Below are positions 10,252 through 19,943 of a stretch of 64,000 nt of DNA, piece after piece (the first letter of the stretch is position 1; each line of letters starts with the position of its first letter). Below the pieces are notes generated by a model that worked only from the letters and a program-made list of their open reading frames with translations, was not told where the DNA came from and did not search any database. Both the position numbers and the translations under genes were made by a program. This DNA is from Bacillota bacterium (lineage in GTDB: Bacteria > Bacillota > Clostridia > Peptostreptococcales > Acidaminobacteraceae): contig JAGXHV010000091.1 of assembly GCA_024636005.1 (NCBI GenBank), positions 2,133-66,132 on the forward strand. The letters run 5' to 3'.

Positions 10252-10264
10252 TTGAGACATTTAA

Positions 10265-10303
10265 AAAGGCGTGGAACAGAGTTCAATCTGTTCCACGCCT
10301 TTA
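10265..10303. terminator. Bidirectional intrinsic terminator
   Basis: AAAGGCGTGGAACAGA-GTTCAA-TCTGTTCCACGCCTTT. Confidence 0.8.
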
Positions 10304-10439
10304 TTTGGTTTTAAACGCGCTAACGTTTAAGCCACCTCTTTATTTTCAATACAATCAACCTCCTTTCATAGAAGTATTAACCGGTTAAGTTCATTTTCCC
10401 ATACGGAACGTGCGGGGTCCAGCTAAAGGATTTTTTAAA

Positions 10440-10703
10440 TCATTTTTTCGCATAGACAATTTTCTTGATGGCGGCTTCACTTAGATTATAGAGCTCTGCC
10501 AACTCAGAAATGGAACTGGAATCATGAAACGCGTTTGTGATGGTTGCGTTCCTAGCATCAAGTTCTTCCCGAAGTCCCGTTTGATGTCCCCAACCCGCTC
10601 TACTGGAGGATTTCGGCACATAAATCATGGTGCCTTCAGTATACTTTTGAATTTCCTCGAGTAGGTGAGTCGGCAAAATTTCTGCTGCGTTTTTGTAATT
10701 CAA
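10440..10703 (-). CDS. CD3324-family small HTH-like protein
   Basis: NYKNAAEILP.HLLEEIQKY.EG..IYVP...WG...G.R..L..RN, ending in an HTH-like segment (SISELAELYNLSEAAIKKIVY). TTG start chosen by RBS spacing. Confidence 0.75.
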   Translation of the reverse strand: MNYKNAAEILPTHLLEEIQKYTEGTMIYVPKSSSRAGWGHQTGLREELDARNATITNAFHDSSSISELAELYNLSEAAIKKIVYAKK

Positions 10704-10787
10704 GAGCATTTGCCTCCTTCTTAATTGTAAGTGTATACAATTGCTCACCTCCTTTTTTTATTTTTCAAATGGCCTAAAATCGGACCA

Positions 10788-11426
10788 CTATGAATTAAGT
10801 GATTTGTCAAATGATTCTACATGCGATTCAACACTCAGAGCCCATAGATAGAGTGAAGCCACTGTTCCATAAGGGGTATAGCGTTTCCTGTAGATTTCGA
10901 ATTCTGATTTTGAGAGGGTTTCCAGACCATAAAGATTCATCATGCCCCTACGAATGGCCAGATCACCGTAACTAAGGACATCAGGTCTGCAAAGTGAATG
11001 AATGAGCAGCATTTCCACTGTCCATATACCAATGCCACTGAGTGATGAAAGCTTCTTGATTACTTCTTCATCAGACATATGATGAAGTGCATCGAAATCC
11101 ACTTCACCAGTCAGTGCAGCCTCAGCAATGCCTTTGATGTAGCCAGCCTTTCTGAAAGTCATGCCACATTTTTGTATCTCATCGACACTGAGATTTCCTA
11201 TACTTTGAGGTGTGATTTCAACAGCCAAATTAGTCAATCTTGCATAAACCGTCTCAGCTGCTTTTATAGAAACCTGTTGTGCGACAATGCTCGATATAAG
11301 TGCCACAAACGGGTCGAGAATCACACTGCGGTCAATTCTACCGAGGCGATCCATGGCCTCAGCAAGTTTTTGATCTCTAGTTTTGAGATAAGCGATTTCT
11401 TTTTCGCCGTATCCATATATGGGCAT
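10788..11426 (-). CDS. DNA-3-methyladenine glycosylase II (AlkA-like, HhH-GPD)
   Basis: IVAQQVS, HhH LSSLSGIGIWT, DLAIR. Confidence 0.9.
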   Translation of the reverse strand: MPIYGYGEKEIAYLKTRDQKLAEAMDRLGRIDRSVILDPFVALISSIVAQQVSIKAAETVYARLTNLAVEITPQSIGNLSVDEIQKCGMTFRKAGYIKGIAEAALTGEVDFDALHHMSDEEVIKKLSSLSGIGIWTVEMLLIHSLCRPDVLSYGDLAIRRGMMNLYGLETLSKSEFEIYRKRYTPYGTVASLYLWALSVESHVESFDKSLNS

Positions 11427-11897
11427 TTACTCGGCCTTCTCAAGCTCAAGGAGCATTTTCTTTACTGCAAGTCCACCACGGTATCCTGTCAATGCGCCAT
11501 CTGCACCGACGACTCTATGACATGGGATGAAAATCGGTATCGGATTTTTGTTGTTGGCAAGTCCTACTGCACGATAAGCCTTTTCGTTGTCAATTTTCTC
11601 AGCAATATCCCTATAGCTAGAGGTCTCACCATATGGAATTTCTGTGAGACATTGCCATACTTGCCTCATGAACGGTGTTCCCGCAGCATCTAGTGGTAAG
11701 TCAAATGCTTTGAGTTCGCCTGCGAGGTATTTGGCGAGTTGATCAGCTGCCTCTTTGAGCAGTGGTGTTTCTGAAATCTGAGCATTTTTAGGAATGTCAT
11801 CTTTCTTGAAAAACACGTTGGTGATTTTTCCATTGTTCTCGGCAATGCCTATCTTTCCTATTGTTGTCTCATAAAAAAATATTGTCATTTTATTCAT
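11427..11897 (-). CDS. ogt: Methylated-DNA--protein-cysteine methyltransferase
   Basis: IPYGET.SY, RAVG.AN..NP, active site PCHRV. Confidence 0.95.
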   Translation of the reverse strand: MNKMTIFFYETTIGKIGIAENNGKITNVFFKKDDIPKNAQISETPLLKEAADQLAKYLAGELKAFDLPLDAAGTPFMRQVWQCLTEIPYGETSSYRDIAEKIDNEKAYRAVGLANNKNPIPIFIPCHRVVGADGALTGYRGGLAVKKMLLELEKAE

Positions 11898-12945
11898 CCT
11901 TTCCTGAAGGGTTCAAATAGTCTTCCAGTGCGTCAAAATCCTTGAATGTTCTAATGCTCACACCACCTTTTTCCAGCAGTGCGACAAAAGCTTTCTGATG
12001 TTCATCTGCTATTTCTAAAAATTTCTCTATGTTATTTGTGTCATAGGCACCGACTAGGTCCGGCAACTGGCTGGAGGAAATTCCTGTACCTGTGAGCACA
12101 TCGTCAATTTCATTTGCAATCTCACCAGCGGCATAGAAGGCGGTGACGTAGTCTCCCGTCTCACAGCCGTGATGAATCTTGTTGTAGAAGTTGATGAGTT
12201 CTTCGTAAAACCCATGTAACTCTTCTTTGAAATCAACAGGTTCAATGTGTTTCATCTCTTCACTTGATAATAGATCTTCCATGTTACTGACCAACTGGCG
12301 CGATGCGCTTTTTATGGCGCTTAGGTCTCTGTTTTCGAAGATCACATCATAATGGCGTTCAAAGTCTTTTGGAACAAGTGGCATAGCTAGAATTTCTTTT
12401 TTGAGTTTACCACGGCCTCTTTTTACAGTTTCTTTGTTAAGAAGTGCCAGTGCGTAAGTCAGTGAAAAAATAACATTCAGTCCGTGCCTTCTCACTGCGG
12501 TCAAATCCGTCGCATCTTCAAGTTTGAAATAACTTTTGTAAACCTGATCGAAGACCTTCCTTGACTTTTGGGTGAACTTTTTATGGTCGCTCACATCCAG
12601 TGCCTTGGCCTTCATTGCGTTGAAACGTTCAAGATCGGCATCTGTTCCATGGTATATGATCTGACCTTCTGTGATGATTGAGGTGACTCTTTCATCGTGA
12701 TTTGCCATGCGCTCTATGCGCTCCCATGAGATTGGCCAAAAGTCGAAACCTATGCCGTCGATTACAAATGTTAGTCCAAGTTCATAGCCTTTTGGTGAGT
12801 TGATGACAAAATACAGGTCTAGATCGGACCTGCTGTGTGTTTCACCATATATATGAGAACCCATTACCACTACCACTGCGACTTCTTCTTTATAATCCCT
12901 TTTGATTTTTTCTATAAGTAGATCTGCTGCTTTCATCAGTTCCAT
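11890..12945 (-). CDS. Pol-beta superfamily nucleotidyltransferase with helical C-terminal region (KNTase-like architecture)
   Basis: GSH..G....SDLDLYFV motif, third Asp region GFDFWP. Confidence 0.75.
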   Translation of the reverse strand: MELMKAADLLIEKIKRDYKEEVAVVVVMGSHIYGETHSRSDLDLYFVINSPKGYELGLTFVIDGIGFDFWPISWERIERMANHDERVTSIITEGQIIYHGTDADLERFNAMKAKALDVSDHKKFTQKSRKVFDQVYKSYFKLEDATDLTAVRRHGLNVIFSLTYALALLNKETVKRGRGKLKKEILAMPLVPKDFERHYDVIFENRDLSAIKSASRQLVSNMEDLLSSEEMKHIEPVDFKEELHGFYEELINFYNKIHHGCETGDYVTAFYAAGEIANEIDDVLTGTGISSSQLPDLVGAYDTNNIEKFLEIADEHQKAFVALLEKGGVSIRTFKDFDALEDYLNPSGKDE

Positions 12946-12965
12946 AAGTATTGTCTCCTATGCGA

Positions 12966-13424
12966 TTATTTTTGGGATTTCAGCTCAATTTCAGGTACGA
13001 TCGGATCAGGATAAGCAAATGGTTTTTTAAGGTTGATGCCACCATCCATCACGCCGCCGGCGAAATCAAACGGTATATTGACCATGATGTCGAGTGTCTC
13101 TCCATCTTCTGTGATTTGACCCTTCAGCATTCCATCCACAATGATGTAGTCTGAATTGATGCCAAGTTTTTCACCTATTGAGTTTCTGTTTTTTCTTATA
13201 GTGCCGTTTTCAAACTTCGCACCTCCAACTGAGCCGTTAACATTCCCATCAGCGCCTATATTCAGCTCGATAGCAACTGTGGCATCCTCATCAAGCGTGC
13301 TTTCTCCTGCCCACTTTCCTTGCAGTTCGCTAGAGAATTCCGAATCGAATGTCAATGTACCTAAGAGGTAAATACCTGCCATAATCATAATGACAGTGAT
13401 GACGATTGAGATGATTTTATTCAT
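12966..13424 (-). CDS. Hypothetical membrane-anchored or exported beta-rich protein
   Basis: N-terminal hydrophobic helix; ORF fits the operon spacing. Confidence 0.7.
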   Translation of the reverse strand: MNKIISIVITVIMIMAGIYLLGTLTFDSEFSSELQGKWAGESTLDEDATVAIELNIGADGNVNGSVGGAKFENGTIRKNRNSIGEKLGINSDYIIVDGMLKGQITEDGETLDIMVNIPFDFAGGVMDGGINLKKPFAYPDPIVPEIELKSQK

Positions 13425-13449
13425 ATTTTAAATTTCCTTTCTGATGCTT

Positions 13450-14565
13450 TTATAAGCGCCATTTAAGTTCGAATTTCTGGTCTTTGCAAAGGCTTACACA
13501 AAGGCCACATCCATTGCAGAGCTCCTGATGGTAAACAATGTTAGCGTCTATCTTTTCAAGTGCACCTACAAGACAACCAACGACGCACGACTCGCAGGTT
13601 CTATCGGAACATATGCCGTTCATCACCGCCTTATATGGCAATATTTCAATTTCATCAAATGATTTTAGATTTCCAAGAGCGTTTCCAACGACGTCTTTGG
13701 CTCTCAGCTGTTTTTGTTCCAACCAATGGTCCATGCCGTCAATCACTTTTCTAATGACCCCTGGCCCCTCAGTCATAATGGCAGAGCCGATTTGAACAGT
13801 GCTGGCACCAAGCATCATATATTCTAGACTATCCTTCCAATTGCTGATGCCTCCGATGCCACAAACAGGTATTTTTACCGATTGTGCTATAGATGCCACT
13901 GTGGCAAGTCCGATAGGTTTGATTGGCACTCCTGAGTATCCACCATAGGTCGCTAATAATGGTTTTGATGTCTCAAGATCGACACCAATGATGCTTCTTA
14001 CCGTATCGATGGCACTAATGCCCGATGCTCCTGCTTTTTCCACAACTTTAGCTAGTTCTGATATATTTGTGACGTGAGGTGAGAATTTTACCATGACGGG
14101 AATATCAACACTTTGAATGACTCTCTTAACAGAATTGTACAGATGGTCCGGATCCGATCCCATAACCGCCACTCCTTCACCATGTGGAATGGAAAGACCT
14201 AATTCAATGGCATCTGCTCCCGCTTTGTACACACTCTTTGCGATGTATGCCATTTCAGAGGGCGAATGGGCCATGATGCTCGCTATGACCGTTCCACCTT
14301 CTTTCTTGATTTGCCTGATGAAAACCAGCCACTGTTCAAGAGCATGATCACTGTATAGACGTACATTCTGATACCCCTCATTCTTTGAGTATATCCACGG
14401 GCGTACATTTTGTCTGACTTCCATTGCTATGGTTTCAGTTACCACGGCCGATGCACCTGCATCTAGTGATTGCATAATCGTTTTTGGATTACGGCTCCAA
14501 GGTCCTGCCGCCACCATTACCGGGTTTTTTAGTGACAACCCCATAAAATCCGTTTTAAGACGCAT
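13450..14565 (-). CDS. PreA/dihydropyrimidine-dehydrogenase-like FMN TIM-barrel with C-terminal 4Fe-4S dicluster domain (atypical active site)
   Basis: LKNP..VAAGP, GGYSG..IKP, GIGGI, GASTVQ, C-terminal CESCVVGC and CNGCGLCVSLC. Confidence 0.85.
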   Translation of the reverse strand: MRLKTDFMGLSLKNPVMVAAGPWSRNPKTIMQSLDAGASAVVTETIAMEVRQNVRPWIYSKNEGYQNVRLYSDHALEQWLVFIRQIKKEGGTVIASIMAHSPSEMAYIAKSVYKAGADAIELGLSIPHGEGVAVMGSDPDHLYNSVKRVIQSVDIPVMVKFSPHVTNISELAKVVEKAGASGISAIDTVRSIIGVDLETSKPLLATYGGYSGVPIKPIGLATVASIAQSVKIPVCGIGGISNWKDSLEYMMLGASTVQIGSAIMTEGPGVIRKVIDGMDHWLEQKQLRAKDVVGNALGNLKSFDEIEILPYKAVMNGICSDRTCESCVVGCLVGALEKIDANIVYHQELCNGCGLCVSLCKDQKFELKWRL

Positions 14566-14574
14566 ATGTTCCCC

Positions 14575-15624
14575 CTATTCACCAAATATTGCTTTGATTC
14601 GATCCTGATGACCACATGAGTGTCTCACCTTAATAGTAAGTGGCAAAAATATCTGTTGCTTCTGATCCGTCTTTTCATCTTTTTCTGATGTAGAAGTAAG
14701 TGCATCCATTTCGTCAAACAAAAGTCTGCTGGCTGTTAATCCCATTTTGTAAACTGGAAGATTTACCGTAGTGAGTTTGGGTTCCACGAGTCCTGACATC
14801 CTATTGTTGTCAAAGCCCATAACAGCAATATCTTCAGGGATTCTCAAACCTTCTGTCTTAATGGCGTCAATAGCACCGAACGCCATCCAATCATTTGCGA
14901 TGAATATTGCTTCCGGAGGATTGGCGTTTCTAACCAATCTTTTTGCAGCCAGATAACCCCCTTCAATGGTCTCCTCTCCGCCAATAATCCATTTGGGGTT
15001 GATCTCAAGATTTGAATTTTTAAGGGCTTCCCGATAACCATTCAATTTTTCAGCACTTTCTATAAAACGAAGATTGCCTGTGATATGGGCAATGCTCTTA
15101 TATCCGTTTTCAATCAGATGGGTCGTCGCTTTTCTGGCCCCTTCGAAATAGTCGGTGTATACTGAACTGAACTGCCAATTGCCTTCGATTTTACCAATCA
15201 TGACCGCAGGCAAATGGGTTTCTTCTATTTTGGTCATCAAATTGGGATCGAGATGGCCTGCTATAAAAATCAGACCGTCCACTTTTCTGTGAAGCAACAT
15301 CTCTATGTAAGCGGCTTCTTTTTCTTTGGAATCCTCTGAATTGCACAGCAAAGTATAGTATCCCTTGTTATGGGCGACTTCCTCAACGCCTTTGGCGATT
15401 TCTGTGTAAATCGGATTCAATATGTTTGGGATCAGGAGCGCGATGACACCAGTACGGTTGAGATTAAGACCTCTAGCGAACCAATTTGGGGTGTAGTCCA
15501 GTTCTTTCATAATATCAAGAATTCGTTCCCTTGTCTTTGGTGTCACTTGATCCGGATGATTAAGAACCCGGCTGACCGTCGCAACAGATACGCCTGCTCG
15601 TTGAGCCACATCTCTTATATTCAA
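14575..15624 (-). CDS. LacI-family transcriptional regulator
   Basis: IRDVAQRAGVSVATVSRVLN HTH, IPEDIAVMGFD; TTG start after GAGGTG. Confidence 0.95.
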   Translation of the reverse strand: MNIRDVAQRAGVSVATVSRVLNHPDQVTPKTRERILDIMKELDYTPNWFARGLNLNRTGVIALLIPNILNPIYTEIAKGVEEVAHNKGYYTLLCNSEDSKEKEAAYIEMLLHRKVDGLIFIAGHLDPNLMTKIEETHLPAVMIGKIEGNWQFSSVYTDYFEGARKATTHLIENGYKSIAHITGNLRFIESAEKLNGYREALKNSNLEINPKWIIGGEETIEGGYLAAKRLVRNANPPEAIFIANDWMAFGAIDAIKTEGLRIPEDIAVMGFDNNRMSGLVEPKLTTVNLPVYKMGLTASRLLFDEMDALTSTSEKDEKTDQKQQIFLPLTIKVRHSCGHQDRIKAIFGE

Positions 15625-15679
15625 AGCACTCACCTCACTTTAGTAATTGCCACTGAAAACATTATATCATAATAAAAGT

Positions 15680-15708
15680 AAGGCGTGAAAATCAAACTTT
15701 CACGCCTC
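15680..15708 (-). terminator. Intrinsic terminator after codA
   Basis: AGGCGTGAAA-N7-TTTCACGCCT stem with a T-rich tail on the minus strand. Confidence 0.65.
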
Positions 15709-15723
15709 ACGAATATTTATCCT

Positions 15724-16995
15724 TTATAATTTGAAATCGATATTTCTTACTTCGTCCCCGAAGTTCAGCATTCTAGTTGCAGGCTGTGCTACACTGACAA
15801 TATTGCCTTTTCGAATGACATAAAGACATTCGCTCATAAGCCTGATGGCATCGAATTCTGATGTGGCATCAAGAATGATCATATCAGCTTGATTGCCCAC
15901 CTTTATACCATAGCCCTCTGCAAGGTTCATTGTTTTGGCTGAATTGTCAGTGATCATGTCAATCAATTGTGATACTTGACTATAGCCACTCATGTGAGCT
16001 GTATGGAGGAGCAAATTTGCAGCCTGGAGCATGCTTCCTTTGCCCATTGGATACCACGGGTCCATGATGCTGTCGTGACCAATGCTGACATTGACACCTC
16101 TAGCGAGCAGTTCATCCACACGTGTGTGCCCTCTTCTTCGAGGATAACCATCCGTACGGTTTTGAAGCACCGAATTGTCAAAAGGATTGGTGATCATATT
16201 CATTTCAGCTCGTTTAAGAATTCCAATCAATTTGAAAGCGTAATCATTGTTGTAATTGTGCATAGCTGTAGTGTGACTCGCTGTCACGCGACCCTGCCAA
16301 CCTCTGTTGATGGTTTCCTTGGCCATGACCTCCACAAATCTGGACTGATCATCACCGGTTTCATCCACATGTATATCGATCAATGCATCAAATTTCTCAG
16401 CGAGTTCAAATACAGTTTCAACGTCCTTTACCCCGTCTTCTCTTGTAAATTCGTTATGAGGAATTCCTCCAACCACATCCACACCCATTTCAAGCGAGCG
16501 TTTCATCAGATTCAGTCCCTCTTTTGTGGTGAAAATGCCGTCTTGAGGAAAGGCTACGATTTGAAGGTCAACCAACTCTTTCATTTCTTCTTTCACTTCT
16601 AGTAAAGATTCCACTGTAAGAAGTGTTGGATCTGTTGTGTCTGCATGAGTTCTTATTTTGAGTGCACCATTGGCGACTTCCCATTTGATGGCTTCAATGG
16701 CGTTCTTCTTCAATATCTCTTTGGTTAGAAAAGGCTTACGTTCTCCCCAAATTTGTATGCCCTCCAGCAATGTGCCCGACTCATTGAATCTAGGATCACC
16801 AACGCTGAGTACTGCATCCAGATGTAGATGTGGATCGATAAATGGTGGTAACACCAAATGACCCTTAGCATCAATCACTTTTGCTGCTTCTGCGGTTATA
16901 TCATGGTCAATTGCAACAATTTTACCATTTTCAATGCCAATGGACATCAAAGTTTCATAATTTCTCAATTTTGCGTTTTTAATGATTAAATGCAT
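15724..16995 (-). CDS. codA: Cytosine deaminase
   Basis: PPFIDPHLHLD, FNESGTLLEGI..W, AFPQDG, HVDE, SHTTAMH, GHD.IMDPWYP. Confidence 0.93.
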   Translation of the reverse strand: MHLIIKNAKLRNYETLMSIGIENGKIVAIDHDITAEAAKVIDAKGHLVLPPFIDPHLHLDAVLSVGDPRFNESGTLLEGIQIWGERKPFLTKEILKKNAIEAIKWEVANGALKIRTHADTTDPTLLTVESLLEVKEEMKELVDLQIVAFPQDGIFTTKEGLNLMKRSLEMGVDVVGGIPHNEFTREDGVKDVETVFELAEKFDALIDIHVDETGDDQSRFVEVMAKETINRGWQGRVTASHTTAMHNYNNDYAFKLIGILKRAEMNMITNPFDNSVLQNRTDGYPRRRGHTRVDELLARGVNVSIGHDSIMDPWYPMGKGSMLQAANLLLHTAHMSGYSQVSQLIDMITDNSAKTMNLAEGYGIKVGNQADMIILDATSEFDAIRLMSECLYVIRKGNIVSVAQPATRMLNFGDEVRNIDFKL

Positions 16996-17011
16996 TCATG
17001 TCCTCCTGTCA

Positions 17012-18307
17012 TCAGTTCGATTGCTCGGGAATATCCTCTACCACTACCTTGTTACCATTCATAACAATATCTAAAACATAATAGAATAAAATTGCAGAAA
17101 GTATGGCATTGAGTGGTGCTATAGAAAAGAAACCTGTATCTGGTGAAATAACCGACACTCCTATAGCAAGACCCCAAGCTATGATGGATGCCCAGTTCAC
17201 ACTCATAAACTTATGTTCAGACGCAAGCGGGTAAATCTTCTTTCTTCTGAGGTAGAAATCTGAAATGATGATACCACCGATTGGAGGCAATGACACACTT
17301 AAGAAATTCAACCAACCGACGAAATTGTTGTAGAGGAAAATTGCAAATATTGTTCCGATAATACCTGCCGCTATAGTCAGATGTTTTCTCTTTAATCCAG
17401 TGATGTTGGCAAGGCCAAGTCCTGATGCGTAAAGTGCGTTGTCATTCGTAGTCCAGATATTGAGTGCCAAAAGCGCGATTCCTGCTCCAAGGAGCCCCTG
17501 TGCCGCAAGTACTTCCGAAATGTCTGACATTCCTGTGGATATGGCACCAATTGCACCAAACATGAACATCAAACTGTTACCGAATGTGAATCCGATAACT
17601 GTTGCGGATACACCAATCTTCTTTGTCTTTGAAAAACGTACAAAGTCTGGTGTGAGAGTGGCGCCGCTGATGAACGACCCTACAGCAAGTGCGACCCCGA
17701 CTGCAAGTGTCATGGATGACGCAGGCTCCACATCAAGGAGTGGCTTCACGCCTCCCATAGTTGTAATTGCTCTTGTAACGGACATAATTCCTAATATGAT
17801 AATTGCCGGAACGGCAATTTTACTGATCCACTCAATTGCTTTAAATCCGATGACCACTGTTGCAGTCATCAATGCACCACCGATGATGATTAGCGGCCAT
17901 ACTGAGATGCCTGTAAATTTGTTGATGGGATATGCAAACATGGCTACACCTACTCCAAACCATCCGATTTGAGTAAAAGCGAGCATGAATGACGGTAGTT
18001 TTGATCCATTCACTCCAAAAGCATAACGTGCCAAAACGTGTGTGGACAGGTTGGTTTTTGCTGCTGCAAAGCCTAAGAATCCACCATAGACGCCTAAAAT
18101 CAAGTTGCCGAAAAGTACAACAATCAATAAATCCGGAAACACCCTGAACCCCATTCCAAGTGTTCCACCAGTCCACATACTAGCAGCGAAAAATGTGAAG
18201 CCAAGCATAACCATTGACATGGACAGAAGTCCTCTTCTTGCACTGTCAGGAACTGGTTCATGTGCGTAGTCGTCGTGCACCATTACTTCTTTAGGTTCTT
18301 TTGACAT
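17012..18307 (-). CDS. codB: Cytosine permease (NCS1 family)
   Basis: GFTFFAASMWTGG, TQIGWFGVG, LNIWTTNDNALY; AAAGGGGGA RBS before ATG 18307. Confidence 0.93.
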   Translation of the reverse strand: MSKEPKEVMVHDDYAHEPVPDSARRGLLSMSMVMLGFTFFAASMWTGGTLGMGFRVFPDLLIVVLFGNLILGVYGGFLGFAAAKTNLSTHVLARYAFGVNGSKLPSFMLAFTQIGWFGVGVAMFAYPINKFTGISVWPLIIIGGALMTATVVIGFKAIEWISKIAVPAIIILGIMSVTRAITTMGGVKPLLDVEPASSMTLAVGVALAVGSFISGATLTPDFVRFSKTKKIGVSATVIGFTFGNSLMFMFGAIGAISTGMSDISEVLAAQGLLGAGIALLALNIWTTNDNALYASGLGLANITGLKRKHLTIAAGIIGTIFAIFLYNNFVGWLNFLSVSLPPIGGIIISDFYLRRKKIYPLASEHKFMSVNWASIIAWGLAIGVSVISPDTGFFSIAPLNAILSAILFYYVLDIVMNGNKVVVEDIPEQSN

Positions 18308-18323
18308 AATATCCCCCTTTATT

Positions 18324-18405
18324 TTGTAACTAGTTACAATTTGTTTCATTTTTTTCCTCCGAAGTACTTTCGGAGGATTGGAAATTCTTTTTGAAACTAG
18401 TTACA
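18324..18405. promoter_or_regulatory. Two operator-like palindromes upstream of codB: TTGTAACTAGTTACAA (18324-18339) and TGAAACTAGTTACA (18392-18405)
   Basis: One perfect 16-bp palindrome and one 1-mismatch copy; LacI-type shape and a lacI-family gene in the cluster. Confidence 0.7.
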
Positions 18406-18480
18406 TTTGAGATAATAATATCATGACTCTTTTTTATTGTCTATATGTTTTTTGAATTATCTGACTATTTTTTTTTGACT

Positions 18481-19830
18481 TTAAAAGTATTGATAACCAA
18501 GACAAGTATAGTTTTCATCGTAGATCAAGATGACAAAGTTTTTCGTTCGATTAATGGAACCATAACCAGTTTCCTCATATTTGACAAGACCGTAACCCTT
18601 TGCGACCGCGTTATAAATCATTTCTTTTAGGTCGAGCTCGTTGGGCTTCTCTTCGACTTGAAATATGGAGATATAATGATAGCCAATGAGAGCAGGATCC
18701 ATATCATTTTGATCTATTTTAATCCTATAAGTATCATCATTACCATTCCTCGCTATGCTGATTCCAGATCTGATGACAGGAATCTTGTTAAGATCTACAT
18801 CTGCCTCGGATAGGTATGGCAAATCTGGCTTGATGTAATTTTCGCTTGGTGAGAATGACTTCTGTGATGCTTCTTCATTTGTTTGGATTTCAGACTCTGG
18901 AGCTATCGACTCATCAATTTTAGGCTGATTGTAAATGCTTGCGATTAATAAAATAAGGCTCACAGCAAGCGATAAAACAATGATGGATTTATTCCACTTG
19001 ATTGAGCGCTTGCTGCTTTCCAGGAAAAATATAGCTGAATATAATTCATCCATGGAGCTATAACGTTCAGAAGGATTGAACTGCATGCACTTGACGATGA
19101 CCTCGGACATGTGCGTGCTGATGGATGAATTTAGTGCTTTCAAAGTCTCGGTTGACACAGCACTTGCAACGGGATCTGTACCAGTCAACATATAGTAGAG
19201 CGTGGCACCAAATGTGTATATGTCCGAGCGTTCATCAGATTGCCTATACCCATATTGCTCCGGTGAGGCGTAGCCTTGTGTCCCAACGAAAAAAGTGTCG
19301 GAGTTGTTTTTTGTCTTAAGTTCGCGCATGGTTTCCACGTCAATCAAAACGGGACTCATCGCCGGAGTAAGTACAATATTTGCTGGTTTTAAATCTCTGA
19401 ATATGACTGCATCCTTTTGATTATGAAGATACTTCAGAACTGTGATGAGATCCGATGCTATTGATTTGACAAGTGGTTCTCCCATAATACCATTTTCGCA
19501 GATTAGGGTTCTGAGTGTCCTCCCTTCTATGTAAGGCTTGATGATGTATTGAAATACTTCCGTTTCTCCAACGGTAATGATTTCTGCCATTCCATCATGT
19601 TTCAAATGTGTCAGTTTCTCAACATTGAGCACTATATCGCTTTGTTTTCTGATTGCTTTGAGCGTATATTTGCTCTGATCGGTTTTTTTCGAGATTTTAT
19701 AAACTAAGCTTTTTTCAGTCTCATAGATCAGCGATTCTATTTCAAAAAATTCAAGCACATCACTCCCAAATAGTGAGTTGAATAAGTCGTACTCCACACT
19801 CATTTCAAACGGTTCATTACATCTTGCCAT
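18481..19830 (-). CDS. Membrane-spanning Hanks-type Ser/Thr protein kinase
   Basis: TLKAI, FRDLKPANI, LIDVET (DFG variant), GTQGYASPEQ, SDIYTFG, one TM and a C-terminal external domain. Confidence 0.9.
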   Translation of the reverse strand: MARCNEPFEMSVEYDLFNSLFGSDVLEFFEIESLIYETEKSLVYKISKKTDQSKYTLKAIRKQSDIVLNVEKLTHLKHDGMAEIITVGETEVFQYIIKPYIEGRTLRTLICENGIMGEPLVKSIASDLITVLKYLHNQKDAVIFRDLKPANIVLTPAMSPVLIDVETMRELKTKNNSDTFFVGTQGYASPEQYGYRQSDERSDIYTFGATLYYMLTGTDPVASAVSTETLKALNSSISTHMSEVIVKCMQFNPSERYSSMDELYSAIFFLESSKRSIKWNKSIIVLSLAVSLILLIASIYNQPKIDESIAPESEIQTNEEASQKSFSPSENYIKPDLPYLSEADVDLNKIPVIRSGISIARNGNDDTYRIKIDQNDMDPALIGYHYISIFQVEEKPNELDLKEMIYNAVAKGYGLVKYEETGYGSINRTKNFVILIYDENYTCLGYQYF

Positions 19831-19943
19831 AGCTTCCTACACTCCACAAAGTTTTTATCAATCTAGTTATTATAACGCATCCAGCACTATGATTACAACG
19901 AAAAACACTCACGAACTATGATGTGAGTGTTTGGTATTCAATA

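Noticed and set aside
10381-10439. Group II intron domain V remnant or known riboswitch (CATACGGAACGTGCGGGG)
   Set aside because: Only superficial similarity; I could not build the domain V stem or any riboswitch consensus by eye.
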